Shown here piece after piece: positions 48,859 through 61,236 of a stretch of DNA of 64,000 nt (its first letter is position 1; each line of letters opens with the position of its first letter). The stretch covers positions 2,944,001-3,008,000 of the forward strand of contig OZ255721.1 in the NCBI GenBank assembly GCA_965277285.1. Reading direction: 5' to 3'. The DNA is from Abditibacteriaceae bacterium. Its GTDB lineage: Bacteria > Armatimonadota > Abditibacteriia > Abditibacteriales > Abditibacteriaceae. The position numbers and the translations under genes are program-made. The notes under the pieces were generated by a model. The model did no database searches, was not told the DNA's origin, and was given only the letters and a program-made list of their open reading frames with translations.

Positions 48859-49731
48859 TTACACGTCGCGCAGAAAATCAATTATCAACTGATTGACACG
48901 CTGCGGCTGGTCACGATGCACCCAATGGCTGGCGTCCGGCAACAATTCTAATTGAAGATTTGGCACCCATTTTTCCAAACCTTGCGTGAGTTGCACGCCC
49001 AAATAACGATCCTGCTCGCCCCAAATCAGCAGCGTTGGCGTTTCGATGCGTCGTGCTTGAAACGCTTGGCGCGGACGGCAACGCAACGCGCGATAGTAAT
49101 TGAGCGCGCTCGTCAAAGCGCGCGGCTGCGCTAAGGCTTCAACAGTTTGGTCGATGTCATGGCGTGAAAACGCGCGGCGATTAGTCGGATCAAAGCGAAA
49201 AACGCGGCGCACGAGGGCGAAATCGTGGGCGCGAATCAGACGTTCCGGCAAAAACGGCAATTGAAAAAACAACGCGTATGACGACTTCAGGATTTGTCGT
49301 ACGGTGCGCAGTTCTCGCGCGAAAGCGGCGGGATGCGGCGCGTTCAAGACGATCAGTTTCGCCAAACATTGTGGTTGTCGCATCGCCAGATGCCACGCGA
49401 TGACGCCGCCCCAATCGTGCCCGACGACAGCCGCTTTTTCTGCGCCCAAATACCGAATCAGCGCCGCGACATCGTTCGTTAATTTTTCTATCGAATACGC
49501 GCCAATACCGCGCGGTTTGTCCGACAGGTTGTAGCCGCGCAAATCGGGCGCGACGACGCGAAAACCGGCGTTTGCCAATGCTTCGATCTGATGTTTCCAG
49601 CCGCCCCAGAAATCGGGAAAGCCATGCAGCAGCAACACCAATTCGCCTTGACCGCGCTCGACGTAATGCAAGCGAACGCCGTTGACAGCGGCGAAATCAT
49701 GCGCTTCTTTCTGGTCGTGTTGAAATGCCAT
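48859..49731 (-). CDS. Alpha/beta hydrolase, epoxide-hydrolase-like
   Basis: LLHGFP, DLRGYNLSD, GHDWGG, LNYYRA and ASHWV motifs. Confidence 0.9.
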   Translation of the reverse strand: MAFQHDQKEAHDFAAVNGVRLHYVERGQGELVLLLHGFPDFWGGWKHQIEALANAGFRVVAPDLRGYNLSDKPRGIGAYSIEKLTNDVAALIRYLGAEKAAVVGHDWGGVIAWHLAMRQPQCLAKLIVLNAPHPAAFARELRTVRQILKSSYALFFQLPFLPERLIRAHDFALVRRVFRFDPTNRRAFSRHDIDQTVEALAQPRALTSALNYYRALRCRPRQAFQARRIETPTLLIWGEQDRYLGVQLTQGLEKWVPNLQLELLPDASHWVHRDQPQRVNQLIIDFLRDV

Positions 49732-49770
49732 TTAACAGATTGAAGAAGAGAACTGCACTTTATAATCGCT

Positions 49771-49843
49771 AACGAACCCCAAGCGTGAGCGCGGGGCTGA
49801 AGTAACTGTCACGTCAGCCCCGCGCTCACGCTTGGGGTTCGTT
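49771..49843. repeat. REPIN-like hairpin, family A
   Basis: AACGAACCCCAAGCGTGAGCGCGGGGCTGA...TCAGCCCCGCGCTCACGCTTGGGGTTCGTT. Confidence 0.85.
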
Positions 49844-50094
49844 TTAGTCGAATGCGACAATTTCATCAAAGCACAAACGCCGCGCAAAGAACAACGGCGC
49901 GGCGTTCAAATTGTCTTTGCGTCCGCGAATCGAGTACTCGAATGGGTGTTTGACAATAGCGTAAGGACATCAAACGTATGAATTATATACTGACGCGGTA
50001 TTTAGTGAGCCACACTGCGGCTTATGCAACAGCGCACAAATGAGTGACTGTTCTGTGGGCACTTGCCAGGCGACAAATGGTGCAATAGGAACAT

Positions 50095-50721
50095 TCAAGG
50101 CGTTGGGATGCGCCGTTCGGGACGTACTTCGCGCACCAGATGACCCAGTTCGGGAACGATCAGTTTTTCCATCGCCAGTTGTACAGCTTTTGGACTGCCC
50201 GGCAAAACGAACAGCAAAGTTCGTCCCATGACGCCCGCGAAAGCGCGACTGAGTATCGTCGCGGCGCCGACTTGCTCCCAACTTAATACGTGAAACACTT
50301 CGCCAAAACCTGGCAAGTCTTTGGTCAGCAAAGGGCGCAAGGCTTCGGGCGTCACGTCGCGCGAACCGATGCCGCTACCGCCAGTCACGATGATCGTTTC
50401 GGGGTCGCTGATGCCATCGGTCACGGTTTGCACGGCTTCGCGGATCGCGTTCGCATCGTCGTTTACAATCAATGAACCAACGATTTGATGACCCGCGTTT
50501 TGCAGCAATTCCTGAATCAGCGCGCCGCCTTTGTCGGTGATTTCATTGCGCGTATCGGAAACCGTGAGGACGAAAACGCGAACGCTACGCGGCGCCTGCG
50601 CGCGATGTTCAGCGGCTGAATCTCCATCCGATTCGAGTACTCGATTGCTTTCGATTTGCGCTTCGCGCGCGTTCGAGGGTTCGTTCTGATTCGAGGCTTG
50701 ATTGTTGGGATGTTGTGCCAT
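50095..50721 (-). CDS. moaB: Molybdenum cofactor biosynthesis MoaB/Mog-family protein
   Basis: LTVSDTR, DKGG, TGGSGIGSRDVTPEA, PGFGE, SRAFAG and LPGSPKAV motifs. Confidence 0.85.
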   Translation of the reverse strand: MAQHPNNQASNQNEPSNAREAQIESNRVLESDGDSAAEHRAQAPRSVRVFVLTVSDTRNEITDKGGALIQELLQNAGHQIVGSLIVNDDANAIREAVQTVTDGISDPETIIVTGGSGIGSRDVTPEALRPLLTKDLPGFGEVFHVLSWEQVGAATILSRAFAGVMGRTLLFVLPGSPKAVQLAMEKLIVPELGHLVREVRPERRIPTP

Positions 50722-50737
50722 AAGGAATCACCAGGAC

Positions 50738-51160
50738 TTACCAGAGTTTTTCAACTGCTTCCACTGCGTCTTTAGCGTCTCTCAAGCCTAAATTGCTGCG
50801 TTCGCGCAAATACTTGATCGCTTCGATTTTGCGACCAGCGCGCACCATTTGCGCAAGTTCCGCCTGATCGCTGGCGCTCAAGTTGAGATTTGTCGCGCCG
50901 GAAAACGGAATTGTATTTGGTGCCGATTTTCGAGGTGCGTTGTCAAAAGGCGAAGGCAACGGCGGCGTCATCGGCGTTGTTGAATTGGACAAATTCAAAT
51001 GTCGCGTAATCGCGTCCACCTTTTGTTCTAAAACCCGCAATCGTTCATCTTGGCGTCGCGCGCTGTAACCTTTGAAAACAAACGTCATCAGGCGCGTCGC
51101 TATCAAAACTACAAAGAGCACCGCAAGGGAATATTGCAACGACGTTGGATTGGTGTTCAT
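50738..51160 (-). CDS. Membrane-anchored protein with a ribosomal L7/L12 C-terminal-like domain
   Basis: N-terminal TM, RLRVLEQKVDAI and GRKIEAIKYLRERSNLGLRDAKDAVE. Confidence 0.75.
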   Translation of the reverse strand: MNTNPTSLQYSLAVLFVVLIATRLMTFVFKGYSARRQDERLRVLEQKVDAITRHLNLSNSTTPMTPPLPSPFDNAPRKSAPNTIPFSGATNLNLSASDQAELAQMVRAGRKIEAIKYLRERSNLGLRDAKDAVEAVEKLW

Positions 51161-51269
51161 AACGTTTTCGAGTACTCGATATAACGGTTCAGAGTTCAAC
51201 ATTGCGGTTCAGGGTTCAACGCGACGCGTATTGCGCTCGACTTTTGTCCAGCTTCGTTGTCTCGGTTTG

Positions 51270-51578
51270 TTAATCGAGGTGCATTTTGCCTGGCAAGTAG
51301 CGAATCAAACCGGCGCAATATGTCACTTTTCGCGTTTCTCCAGGTTGCAGCGCGAGGTGTACCGTATTTTTCCCGCATTCTGGAAGGAACAACCACGGAT
51401 AAGAGACCGAAATTTGATATTCGCCCGGCGGCACTGGGAATAGATGCGTGCCCCAAGCACGACGGTGGACAGAGTCATTAATGGTCACGGTGGGAGTAAA
51501 CCATTGATAAATAAAGGCGAGCGGCGAATGACTGACGACAATTTCAAGCTGTGACTGCCCGTTCGATTCCGTAGACAT
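51270..51578 (-). CDS. Hypothetical protein (102 aa, beta-sandwich-like)
   Basis: PTVTIND...WGTHLFPVPPGEYQISVSYPW; AAAGG RBS. Confidence 0.6.
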   Translation of the reverse strand: MSTESNGQSQLEIVVSHSPLAFIYQWFTPTVTINDSVHRRAWGTHLFPVPPGEYQISVSYPWLFLPECGKNTVHLALQPGETRKVTYCAGLIRYLPGKMHLD

Positions 51579-51630
51579 AAACCCTTTAATCCTCACCGAA
51601 TGGCTCGATTGAAAACGGGCGCCATTCGTA

Positions 51631-53556
51631 TCAACCACGCGACGCATATTCGCGCTCGAACTTTTTGTCCAGTTCCAGCGTGGAGATTTTAATTAAAATC
51701 GGCTGCCCGTGCGGGCAAATGCTCGGATTGGGAAGTTGCAGCAGATCATCCAACAAATTACACATTTGCGGCATTTGCAACGTGTCGCCCGCTTTAATGG
51801 CGTTTTTACAAGAAAGCATCGTCAGCATGGCGCGGCGTCGTTCCTGCAAAGAGCGGCCTCCGTGACCCGAAACCAGTTCGTCCATCAAATCGGCGAAGGC
51901 GCTTTCATAATCGCGGCTGGCGACCAGAACCGGAACCGCGCGCACTAAAACCGAACTGCCGCCAAACGCTTCGATTTCAAACCCCAAATCCTTCAACAAC
52001 ACGGCGTTTTCTTCCAGCGCCGCCGCCGAACGCGCGCCGACATCGCTGGTAAATGGAATTACCAAACGCTGCGATTCCACCGGACGACCTTCCGCCGCCG
52101 CAATCGCTTTATCAGCCAGAATGCGTTCGTGCGCGCGATGTTGGCAAACGATATATAAACCGTCCGAACCTTCGCACAAAATATAAGCGTTGTTGGAAAT
52201 CTGCGCCAGCGGCTTCAATGAAATGTGATGTTCTGCTTCTTCAACCGGCGGCGCGAAATCAGCGAATGCGCCTTGCATAGCCGCAGGCTGCAAACTTGGA
52301 TTCGAGTACTCGAAAGGCGATGTGTTACGCATATTTTGCTGCGTCGAACGAAACGCTTCCAAATCGCCGCCGCGCGCCACCATCGGCTGATGAAAGCCAT
52401 TAAAATCCGGCGGAATCGTTGAATTGGGCATCATTCCCGTACTTGATTGCGCATCAGATGTAGGCGCGCTTCCTGCCTCCTGCGGCTGCCAATTGTTTCC
52501 TGAAGAAAGTCCCCAAGACGGCGCGAGTTGCGAGGCGACCAGAGTTTCGCGCAAGGCGACGCGAACCGCGTGATGCACTTCCCATTCGCGCGCGAAACGC
52601 ACTTCGCTTTTGGCCGGATGCACGTTGACATCGACCGCGCCAGGCGGCATCTGCAAGAACACGACGGCAACGGGAAAACGGTCGCGCCCGTGAATCAAGC
52701 CTTCGTAAGCGGCTTGAACCGCGTGCTGCATCGAGCGATTTTTGATGACGCGACCGTTGACGAAAAATAATTGCAAATTGCGATTGGAACGCGTCAATTG
52801 CGGGCGCCCCACGAAACCCGTGACGCGCATTTCGTTGTCGTTACTCGAGTTTCCAGTACTCGATTCGCTGGCAGCGGCAATCGGCAACATTTGGCGCGCC
52901 ATATCGCGTCCCAGAACGCTGACGACAGCGTTCAACGGGTTACCTTCGCCAATCGCATCAGCGCGCAGCAAATCGTGATTGTTGTGTCGCAATCGAAACG
53001 AAACGTGAGGATAAGCCAGCGCCAGATGCCCGATCATTTCGGAAATGCGCGCCGCTTCCGCTGCATCGCTTTTCAAAAACTTGAAGCGCGCGGGCGTGTT
53101 GAAAAACAAGTGCTCGACAATGATTTCCGTGCCTTGAGGCGCCGCGCATTCGCTGACATCGAGCACCACGCCGCCTTCGACCAGAACGCGCGTCGCGGCT
53201 TCGCTTTGTGGCTCGCGCGTCGTCATTCCAAAACGCGACACGGCGGCAATCGACGGAAGGGCTTCACCGCGAAAACCCAGCGTGCGGATTTGAAACAAGT
53301 CGTCCGGTGTTTGCAGCTTGCTCGTTGCATGACGTTGCAAACTGAGAATTGCGTCTTCGGCGGGCATTCCGGTTCCGTCATCGCGCACGCGGATGAGTTT
53401 TTTGCCGCCGTCTTCGATTTCGATGTCGATGCGCCGCGCTCCGGCATCGAGCGCGTTTTCGACCAGTTCCTTGACCGCGTTGGCCGGACGCTCGATGACT
53501 TCACCCGCCGCGATGCGGTTGGCGATGTCGGGCGAAAGTTTGTGAACTCGGGACAT
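51631..53556 (-). CDS. mutL: DNA mismatch repair protein MutL
   Basis: IAAGEVIERPANAVKELVENALDA, RHATSK, TLGFRGEALPSI, VDVNVHPAKSEVRF, CQHRAHERI and CPHGQP motifs. Confidence 0.97.
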   Translation of the reverse strand: MSRVHKLSPDIANRIAAGEVIERPANAVKELVENALDAGARRIDIEIEDGGKKLIRVRDDGTGMPAEDAILSLQRHATSKLQTPDDLFQIRTLGFRGEALPSIAAVSRFGMTTREPQSEAATRVLVEGGVVLDVSECAAPQGTEIIVEHLFFNTPARFKFLKSDAAEAARISEMIGHLALAYPHVSFRLRHNNHDLLRADAIGEGNPLNAVVSVLGRDMARQMLPIAAASESSTGNSSNDNEMRVTGFVGRPQLTRSNRNLQLFFVNGRVIKNRSMQHAVQAAYEGLIHGRDRFPVAVVFLQMPPGAVDVNVHPAKSEVRFAREWEVHHAVRVALRETLVASQLAPSWGLSSGNNWQPQEAGSAPTSDAQSSTGMMPNSTIPPDFNGFHQPMVARGGDLEAFRSTQQNMRNTSPFEYSNPSLQPAAMQGAFADFAPPVEEAEHHISLKPLAQISNNAYILCEGSDGLYIVCQHRAHERILADKAIAAAEGRPVESQRLVIPFTSDVGARSAAALEENAVLLKDLGFEIEAFGGSSVLVRAVPVLVASRDYESAFADLMDELVSGHGGRSLQERRRAMLTMLSCKNAIKAGDTLQMPQMCNLLDDLLQLPNPSICPHGQPILIKISTLELDKKFEREYASRG

Positions 53557-53673
53557 ATCAGTTGGCAGACGGCAGCGGCAGGAAGCAGTCGGTTTGACGT
53601 TGCGCAAGTGCGATGTTAGTTTATCAGGCAAGTCAGGTTTAGAATTGATTTTCGGACGGATCACCAGACGAAC

Positions 53674-53753
53674 GCAGGGGCTTGGCACGCAAAGCCCGAG
53701 ATGCAAAACCGACGCAGGCTTACGACACGGGCTTGGCAGCGCCAAGCCCCTAC
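53674..53753. repeat. GTAG-type REP doublet (family C)
   Basis: GCAGGGGCTTGGCACGCAAAGCCCG...CGGGCTTGGCAGCGCCAAGCCCCTAC. Confidence 0.75.
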
Positions 53754-53794
53754 GTTGTGCCGCTTGGCGTTGCCAACTGATAAACTCGGGCGTT

Positions 53795-55793
<1,999 letters not shown>

Positions 55794-55801
55794 AAGAGCT
55801 G

Positions 55802-55845
55802 AAACAAAAGGCGCGCATCAAGTACTCGATGCGCGCTTTTTGTTT
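55802..55845. terminator. Bidirectional intrinsic terminator built around a palindrome variant
   Basis: AAACAAAAGGCGCGCATC-AAGTACTC-GATGCGCGCTTTTTGTTT. Confidence 0.8.
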
Positions 55846-55855
55846 TAAGTAAGGT

Positions 55856-57313
55856 TTACTTTTTGCCGGTATAAGCGACGCGCCAGATGACGTTGTTGCC
55901 GTCTTCGGAGACTAAGAGCGAACCGTCTTTGGCGACCGTGATGCCAACGGGACGACCCCACACATCGCCGTCATCGGTGACGAAGCCGGTCAGGAAATCT
56001 TCGTATTCGCCAGTCGCTTTGCCGTTTTTCATCGGCACGCGAATCACTTTGTAACCGGTGCGATGACTGCGGTTCCAGCTTCCGTGTTCGGCGGCGAAAG
56101 CGTCCATGCGATATTCTTTGGGAAACTGCTTGCCCGTATAAAACGCCATTTGCAGCGAAGCGGAATGCGATTGCAGCAACACGTCGGGCACAATCGTTTG
56201 CGCGCCCAATTCGGGATGTTCGCCCTGGTGACGCGGGTCCTGGTGGTTGCCCGTATAGAAATAGGGCCAGCCGTAAAAACCGCCGTCTTTGACGCTGGTG
56301 ATGTAATCAGGCACGAGATGATCGCCCAAACCGTCGCGTTCGTTGACCGAAACCCACACTTGTCCGGTTTGAGGATGAATCGTCACGCCGACAGGATTGC
56401 GAATGCCGCTGGCGAAAGTTCGTTGATCTGTGCGTCGGCCTTGCGCATCCAACGAGTACTCGAAAACGCGGGCACGACGGTTTTCGTCGGGATCGTGGTT
56501 TTCATCGACGTTGGAGCGCGAGCCGATGGAAAGATACATCTTGCGATTGTCGAGCGAAAAAACGATGTCGCGCGTCCAATGTCCGCCGCCGGGCAAGCGT
56601 CCACCGGGTGAAACATCGCCAATGATTTCTTCGCTTGCGCCACGCGCTTTCAGATCGCCGTCGCGATAAGGAAAACGCACGACCGAATCGGTGTTGGCGA
56701 TGTAAACCCATTGCGGATTGGCGCCATTGGGATAAAACGCGATACCGAAAGGCTGGCGCAAACCGTCCGCGAAAATTTCGCTTTGTTGCACCTTGCCCGA
56801 ATTATTCGCATCGCGCAGAACACGAATACGATTGGCGCCGCTTTCCGCCAGAAAAATATCGCCGTTGGGCGCGGTTGTCATCAAGCGTGGATTGCTCAAA
56901 CCCGTTGCAAACTGAGTGACCGTGAAACCAGCGGGCGCTTTAGGCCAGGCGCCATCGGGTCGATCTACGGTTCGCGGCCCGTTGTTAGCGGAATTTGTGG
57001 CATACGGCGCTGGCAAATCGTTCACCGTGAGGTGGCGTCGCACGCCGGGCGCGTCAGTCGTCCAATCGCCTTTGGCCGCATCGCCCGTCAAAACGCGAGA
57101 ACTGATGCGCGCGTTAGTTTGCGTTTGCGCCTTGAAAGCGGACGGCGTTGCTGCCGATTGTGTCGCAACTGGCGTCGCGGGCGGCGTTGCAACCGGTTCC
57201 AGCGTGGACGGCGAAGAATTGGCGGCACACGCGCTGAGCAGAACGCCCGCGCTCAATGATGCGGCGGCCACTACAAAAAGAGATGAGGTGCTCGAAATAC
57301 GAAAGTGTTTCAT
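55856..57313 (-). CDS. PQQ-dependent glucose/sorbosone dehydrogenase-family lipoprotein
   Basis: Lipobox LSAC; GGHWTR, GIRNPVG, VNERDGLGD, GFYGWPY, HGSWNR and WGRPVG motifs. Confidence 0.88.
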   Translation of the reverse strand: MKHFRISSTSSLFVVAAASLSAGVLLSACAANSSPSTLEPVATPPATPVATQSAATPSAFKAQTQTNARISSRVLTGDAAKGDWTTDAPGVRRHLTVNDLPAPYATNSANNGPRTVDRPDGAWPKAPAGFTVTQFATGLSNPRLMTTAPNGDIFLAESGANRIRVLRDANNSGKVQQSEIFADGLRQPFGIAFYPNGANPQWVYIANTDSVVRFPYRDGDLKARGASEEIIGDVSPGGRLPGGGHWTRDIVFSLDNRKMYLSIGSRSNVDENHDPDENRRARVFEYSLDAQGRRTDQRTFASGIRNPVGVTIHPQTGQVWVSVNERDGLGDHLVPDYITSVKDGGFYGWPYFYTGNHQDPRHQGEHPELGAQTIVPDVLLQSHSASLQMAFYTGKQFPKEYRMDAFAAEHGSWNRSHRTGYKVIRVPMKNGKATGEYEDFLTGFVTDDGDVWGRPVGITVAKDGSLLVSEDGNNVIWRVAYTGKK

Positions 57314-57329
57314 AAGAATTTACAAGGAA

Positions 57330-57498
57330 AATGATGAATGCGGAAGGATGAATTGAATCGGACTATCACTTTGTCATTCTGAGCGCAGCAAAGAATCTAT
57401 ATGTGAAGTTAGATTCTTCGTTTCACTCAGAATGACAAACTCTTACTTTATGGCAAGGATTGTTACTTTTGAGTACTTGATATTCCGCATTCATCTTT
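57330..57498. repeat. Family B hairpin (57370-57439) nested inside an ATGATGAATGCGGAA / TTCCGCATTCATC inverted pair
   Basis: Read directly from the sequence. Confidence 0.75.
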
Positions 57499-57503
57499 TC
57501 GTT

Positions 57504-58472
57504 CTACCACGCGTAGCCTTCGGGCGCGGGCTTGTGGCCAGGGAAAAGTTCGTCCAGCTTTTTCAATGTCTCGTCCGACAACTTGATTTCGACGGCGCGC
57601 AGCGAACCATCCAATTGTTCTTGCGTGCGCGGCCCGATAATCGGCGCCGTCACGACGGGGTTGTGCAGGAGCCACGAAAGCGCGACATTGGCGGGTTCTT
57701 CGCCCAGTTCGCGGCAAAGGTCTTCATACGATTGAAGTTTGTCGCGGTTCGCTTCAATGCGCTTTTGCATATCTTCGCCGGCGCGACGGCCTTCGCTGGC
57801 TTTTTGTAGGACGCCGCCCAGCAAGCCGCCGCCCAGAGGACTCCACGGAATCAGGCCCAGGCCGTATTTTTCGCAAGCCGGAATCAGGTCGAGTTCGACT
57901 TTGCGCGCGTCCAGGTTATACAAACTTTGTTCGCAAACCAAGCCGAGAAAATGACGATGTTTGGCGATTTCGTTCGCCTGCGCGATATGCCAACCAGCGA
58001 AGTTGGAGCTTCCAACGTACAGCACTTTGCCTTGAGCGACCAACAATTCCATCGCCTGCCAGACTTCTTCCCACGGCGCATCGCGCCAGATATGGTGCAT
58101 TTGATAAAGGTCGATGTAATCGGTTTGCAAGCGCTTCAAAGAGGCTTCGCAGGCGCGGCGAATGTGCAATGCCGACAATCTCGTTTCGTTGGGCCAGTCG
58201 CCCATGTCGTTATAAACTTTGGTCGCAATCACGGTTTTGTCGCGGCGCCTGTCACCTTTGGCGAACCAGCGACCAACGATTTGCTCGGTGATGCCTTCGC
58301 CTTTTTTGCCGCCGTAAACATCCGCCGTGTCGAAAAAGTTGATGCCGTGTTCGTGCGCCCTGTCCATAATCGCGTGCGAATCGTCTTCGCTGGTTTGCGG
58401 CCCAAAGTTCATCGTGCCCAGACAAAGGCGGCTCACTTTCAAGCCGGTGCGTCCCAAATGTGTGTATTCCAT
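57504..58472 (-). CDS. Aldo/keto reductase
   Basis: LGRTGLKVSRLCLGTMNFG, FFDTADVYG, SLKRLQTDYIDLYQMH and PWSPLGGGLL motifs; AAGGAG RBS. Confidence 0.93.
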   Translation of the reverse strand: MEYTHLGRTGLKVSRLCLGTMNFGPQTSEDDSHAIMDRAHEHGINFFDTADVYGGKKGEGITEQIVGRWFAKGDRRRDKTVIATKVYNDMGDWPNETRLSALHIRRACEASLKRLQTDYIDLYQMHHIWRDAPWEEVWQAMELLVAQGKVLYVGSSNFAGWHIAQANEIAKHRHFLGLVCEQSLYNLDARKVELDLIPACEKYGLGLIPWSPLGGGLLGGVLQKASEGRRAGEDMQKRIEANRDKLQSYEDLCRELGEEPANVALSWLLHNPVVTAPIIGPRTQEQLDGSLRAVEIKLSDETLKKLDELFPGHKPAPEGYAW

Positions 58473-58519
58473 CCGAAAATCTCCTTTCGAGTACTCGATT
58501 TCAGTATTCGAGTTTTGCA

Positions 58520-59248
58520 TCAATTGTTCGCGTCATTTTGCGCATTGTCCGCATTGTCCATTTCCACAAAGGCGCGTTGTGCAACTTCGCGCGCCGTGTT
58601 ATCGGGCAAGGCAGCGGCCAGATTTCGCAGTTGGCTCGTGGCGGTTTGCGCTTCGTTCCACGACATTTTGAAGCTGCGTTGTGCGTCAACCGTGCTGCCT
58701 CCATCATAACTTTTGATATGCGCGTTCTTGAGTTGCGCAAGTTCGTGTTGAGTTCGCGCCAACAAAATGCTTGCTCTACGACGCGCGTAGGCGTTTTGAC
58801 GCGGCTGCTTCATCGCGGCGATAATTCCCGCCATTTCATCTTCGCGGTCGGCATAAGCGCCCACTGACATCAGTTTCCACATCGTGCCGCCGCCGGCCTG
58901 GATTTCGGTCATGCTCCAGGCTGCGTCCCCCAATTGACCCAAGTCGTCACGAATCGAAACGATCTGCTGACGACGAGCCGCACTTAAAAAGCGGGCGTGC
59001 GCATCGTTGTCGATTTGTTTCGACTGCGCGTAATAGCTGTAGCCTGCCATTTGGCCTTGCGTCGACTCGGCGTGCGTTTTCGCGGAATAGATTTCAATGA
59101 ACTTGTTCTGCCCCAATCGCACGACTTGCGCGACTGGCATCGAAAATCCACTTTCCGTCGGTTCAACCGCCTTTGGAGCCTTTGGAGCCGCTTGCGCCAC
59201 CTGAAAACACAACAGCGACAAACCCAGCAAAACACGCGCAATTTTCAT
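58520..59248 (-). CDS. Hypothetical exported helical protein
   Basis: Signal peptide ending AQA; AGGAG RBS. Confidence 0.65.
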   Translation of the reverse strand: MKIARVLLGLSLLCFQVAQAAPKAPKAVEPTESGFSMPVAQVVRLGQNKFIEIYSAKTHAESTQGQMAGYSYYAQSKQIDNDAHARFLSAARRQQIVSIRDDLGQLGDAAWSMTEIQAGGGTMWKLMSVGAYADREDEMAGIIAAMKQPRQNAYARRRASILLARTQHELAQLKNAHIKSYDGGSTVDAQRSFKMSWNEAQTATSQLRNLAAALPDNTAREVAQRAFVEMDNADNAQNDANN

Positions 59249-59452
59249 AACTTTCTCCTGTCATTCAAACATTAAACGCACAATTTGGACCAATCGCGCG
59301 CGGTTAGTTATATGCCTCAATAACTTCGGGTCGCTAATCGAGTACTCGAAATGAGCAGCGCGACAAGAACGCGAATTGAAAAGGTTGGGCGCGGTCGGTT
59401 GGCATAAACTTGCTGTGGAACGCATTTTACTTTGTTTTCGTTGAGGTTTCCC

Positions 59453-60937
59453 GTGAACTCACTTTTTGGAATTGAAACCGAATACGGCATCACCGTTGAA
59501 GGCGCCGACGCCTCGGCTTTGGTCGCCGAATCGCGCGAAGTTGTCAAGCATTATCGCGGGCGAATGGTGGCGCCGTGGAACTATCGTGCCGAAGATTCGC
59601 GCGCCGACATGCGCGGTTTTCGCGCCGAGAAACTGACGCAGGACGCGACCGACGCGCAGTTCGACCGACCTGGCGACCGCGCCCTTTCGCAAACCGAAGA
59701 CCGCTGCGATCGAGTACTCGAAAACGGCGCCCGACTTTACAACGATCATGGGCATCCCGAATATTCAACGCCCGAATGCAACAACCTGCGCGACCTCGTG
59801 GCGCACGACAAAGCCGGAGAACGCATCGTTCTGCAATGCGCCAAAGCGCGTCAGCAACAGATCGGGAAAAGCGTCGAAATCTGGAAGAACAATTCCGATT
59901 TTCACGGCGCATCTTACGGCACGCACGAAAGTTATCTGATGCGGCGCGACGTTTCATGGGACAACGTTGTCAAAAATCTGGCGCCCTTTCTGGCGACGCG
60001 CATTTTGTATGCGGGCGCAGGAAAAGTCGGTTGCGAGGAAAAAGGCGCCAACGCCACTTATCAAATCTCGCAGCGCGCCGATTTTTTCAATGTCTTGCAA
60101 AGCGTCGATACGCTGGCGAATCGGCCTTTGATCAACACGCGCGATGAAGCACACGGCGACGCGCGCAAGTTTCGGCGTTTGCACGTCATTGCGGGCGATG
60201 CCAACATGAGCGAATACGCGACGGCTTTGCGCATCGGCGTCACCAATTTGGTCGTTGCGCTGATTGAAAGCGGCTGGCAAACGCCGTTGCTATTGCGCGA
60301 TCCGGTTCGCGCCATCAAGCAGATTTCGCGCGACGAAACTTTCAAATGGATTATCGATGGCGAACGCGGAACAGTGGGCGCAATCGAAGTGCAGCGCGCC
60401 TTTTTGAAAGGCTGCCAAGCGTTAGGTTTGCCCAACAGCGATTGGGTTTGCGAAGAATGGAATCGAGTACTCGATGCGCTGGAAAGCGATCCGTTCAGCT
60501 TGGCCGATTCGCTCGATTGGGTGGCCAAAAAGAGCTTGCTTGACCAGTTTGTCGAAGCTGAAGAACTCAATTGGAAAGACGACGTGTTGACGTTGCAAAG
60601 CCTCGATTTGGCGTATCACAACGTCGATCACGACGAAGGTTTATATTACGGACTGGTCGAAGCGGGCGCGATGCAAACCGTCGTCGAAGAAAGTGAAATC
60701 GAGCGCGCTTTGTGCGAGCCGCCAAAAAACACGCGCGCCAGTTTGCGCGGCCTTATTGTGCGCCGTTTCGGTGATAAAATTATCAGCGCGTCGTGGGGCG
60801 GTTTCGCCTACAAAGACGGCGACGACGAAGGGTTGATTGGCTTGCCGGAAGATTATTCCGATTATCAGGCGTTGTGCGCGCGATTAGAAAACTGCGAAAA
60901 CCTGCGCGAAGTCGCGGCCATTTTGAATGTGCCTTGA
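59453..60937 (+). CDS. dop: Depupylase/deamidase Dop (PafA2 family)
   Basis: FGIETEYGI, NGARLYNDHGHPEYSTPEC, KNN..SYGTHE, ISQRADFF, RPLINTRDE and RRLHVIAGDANMSE motifs. Confidence 0.9.
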   Translation: MNSLFGIETEYGITVEGADASALVAESREVVKHYRGRMVAPWNYRAEDSRADMRGFRAEKLTQDATDAQFDRPGDRALSQTEDRCDRVLENGARLYNDHGHPEYSTPECNNLRDLVAHDKAGERIVLQCAKARQQQIGKSVEIWKNNSDFHGASYGTHESYLMRRDVSWDNVVKNLAPFLATRILYAGAGKVGCEEKGANATYQISQRADFFNVLQSVDTLANRPLINTRDEAHGDARKFRRLHVIAGDANMSEYATALRIGVTNLVVALIESGWQTPLLLRDPVRAIKQISRDETFKWIIDGERGTVGAIEVQRAFLKGCQALGLPNSDWVCEEWNRVLDALESDPFSLADSLDWVAKKSLLDQFVEAEELNWKDDVLTLQSLDLAYHNVDHDEGLYYGLVEAGAMQTVVEESEIERALCEPPKNTRASLRGLIVRRFGDKIISASWGGFAYKDGDDEGLIGLPEDYSDYQALCARLENCENLREVAAILNVP

Positions 60938-60951
60938 GCGAGTGATAAAGA

Positions 60952-61039
60952 AACGAACCCCGAGCGTAAGCGACGGGCTTAACGCAATAGTCACATCAAA
61001 TTCTTGCGTTGAGCCCGTCGCTTACGCTCGGGGTTCGTT
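60952..61039. repeat. REPIN-like hairpin, family A
   Basis: AACGAACCCCGAGCGTAAGCGACGGGCT...AGCCCGTCGCTTACGCTCGGGGTTCGTT. Confidence 0.88.
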
Positions 61040-61236
61040 GGAGCAACGCGCGCACATTGCCAGAAGATTGTGGTTGTCGTAAGCGATTGCAACGCGCACG
61101 ATTTCACATTGAAACGCAAAAATGCGAAACTTGGCTTTCGTAGCGCAGTGATGGGCAACCGCGTTCTGTAGTGCGCGTCCAGAAAGCCCAATCGAGTACT
61201 CGAACTGCACATAGCAGTTTGCGAAGGAGATTTCCG

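Noticed and set aside
50738..51160. rplL (ribosomal L7/L12)
   Set aside because: Only a short C-terminal-like motif is present on a TM-anchored protein, and there is no rplJ/rpoB context.
59453..60937. pafA (ligase) call
   Set aside because: The NDHGHPEYS, SQRADFF and GDANMSE signatures fit Dop better than PafA.
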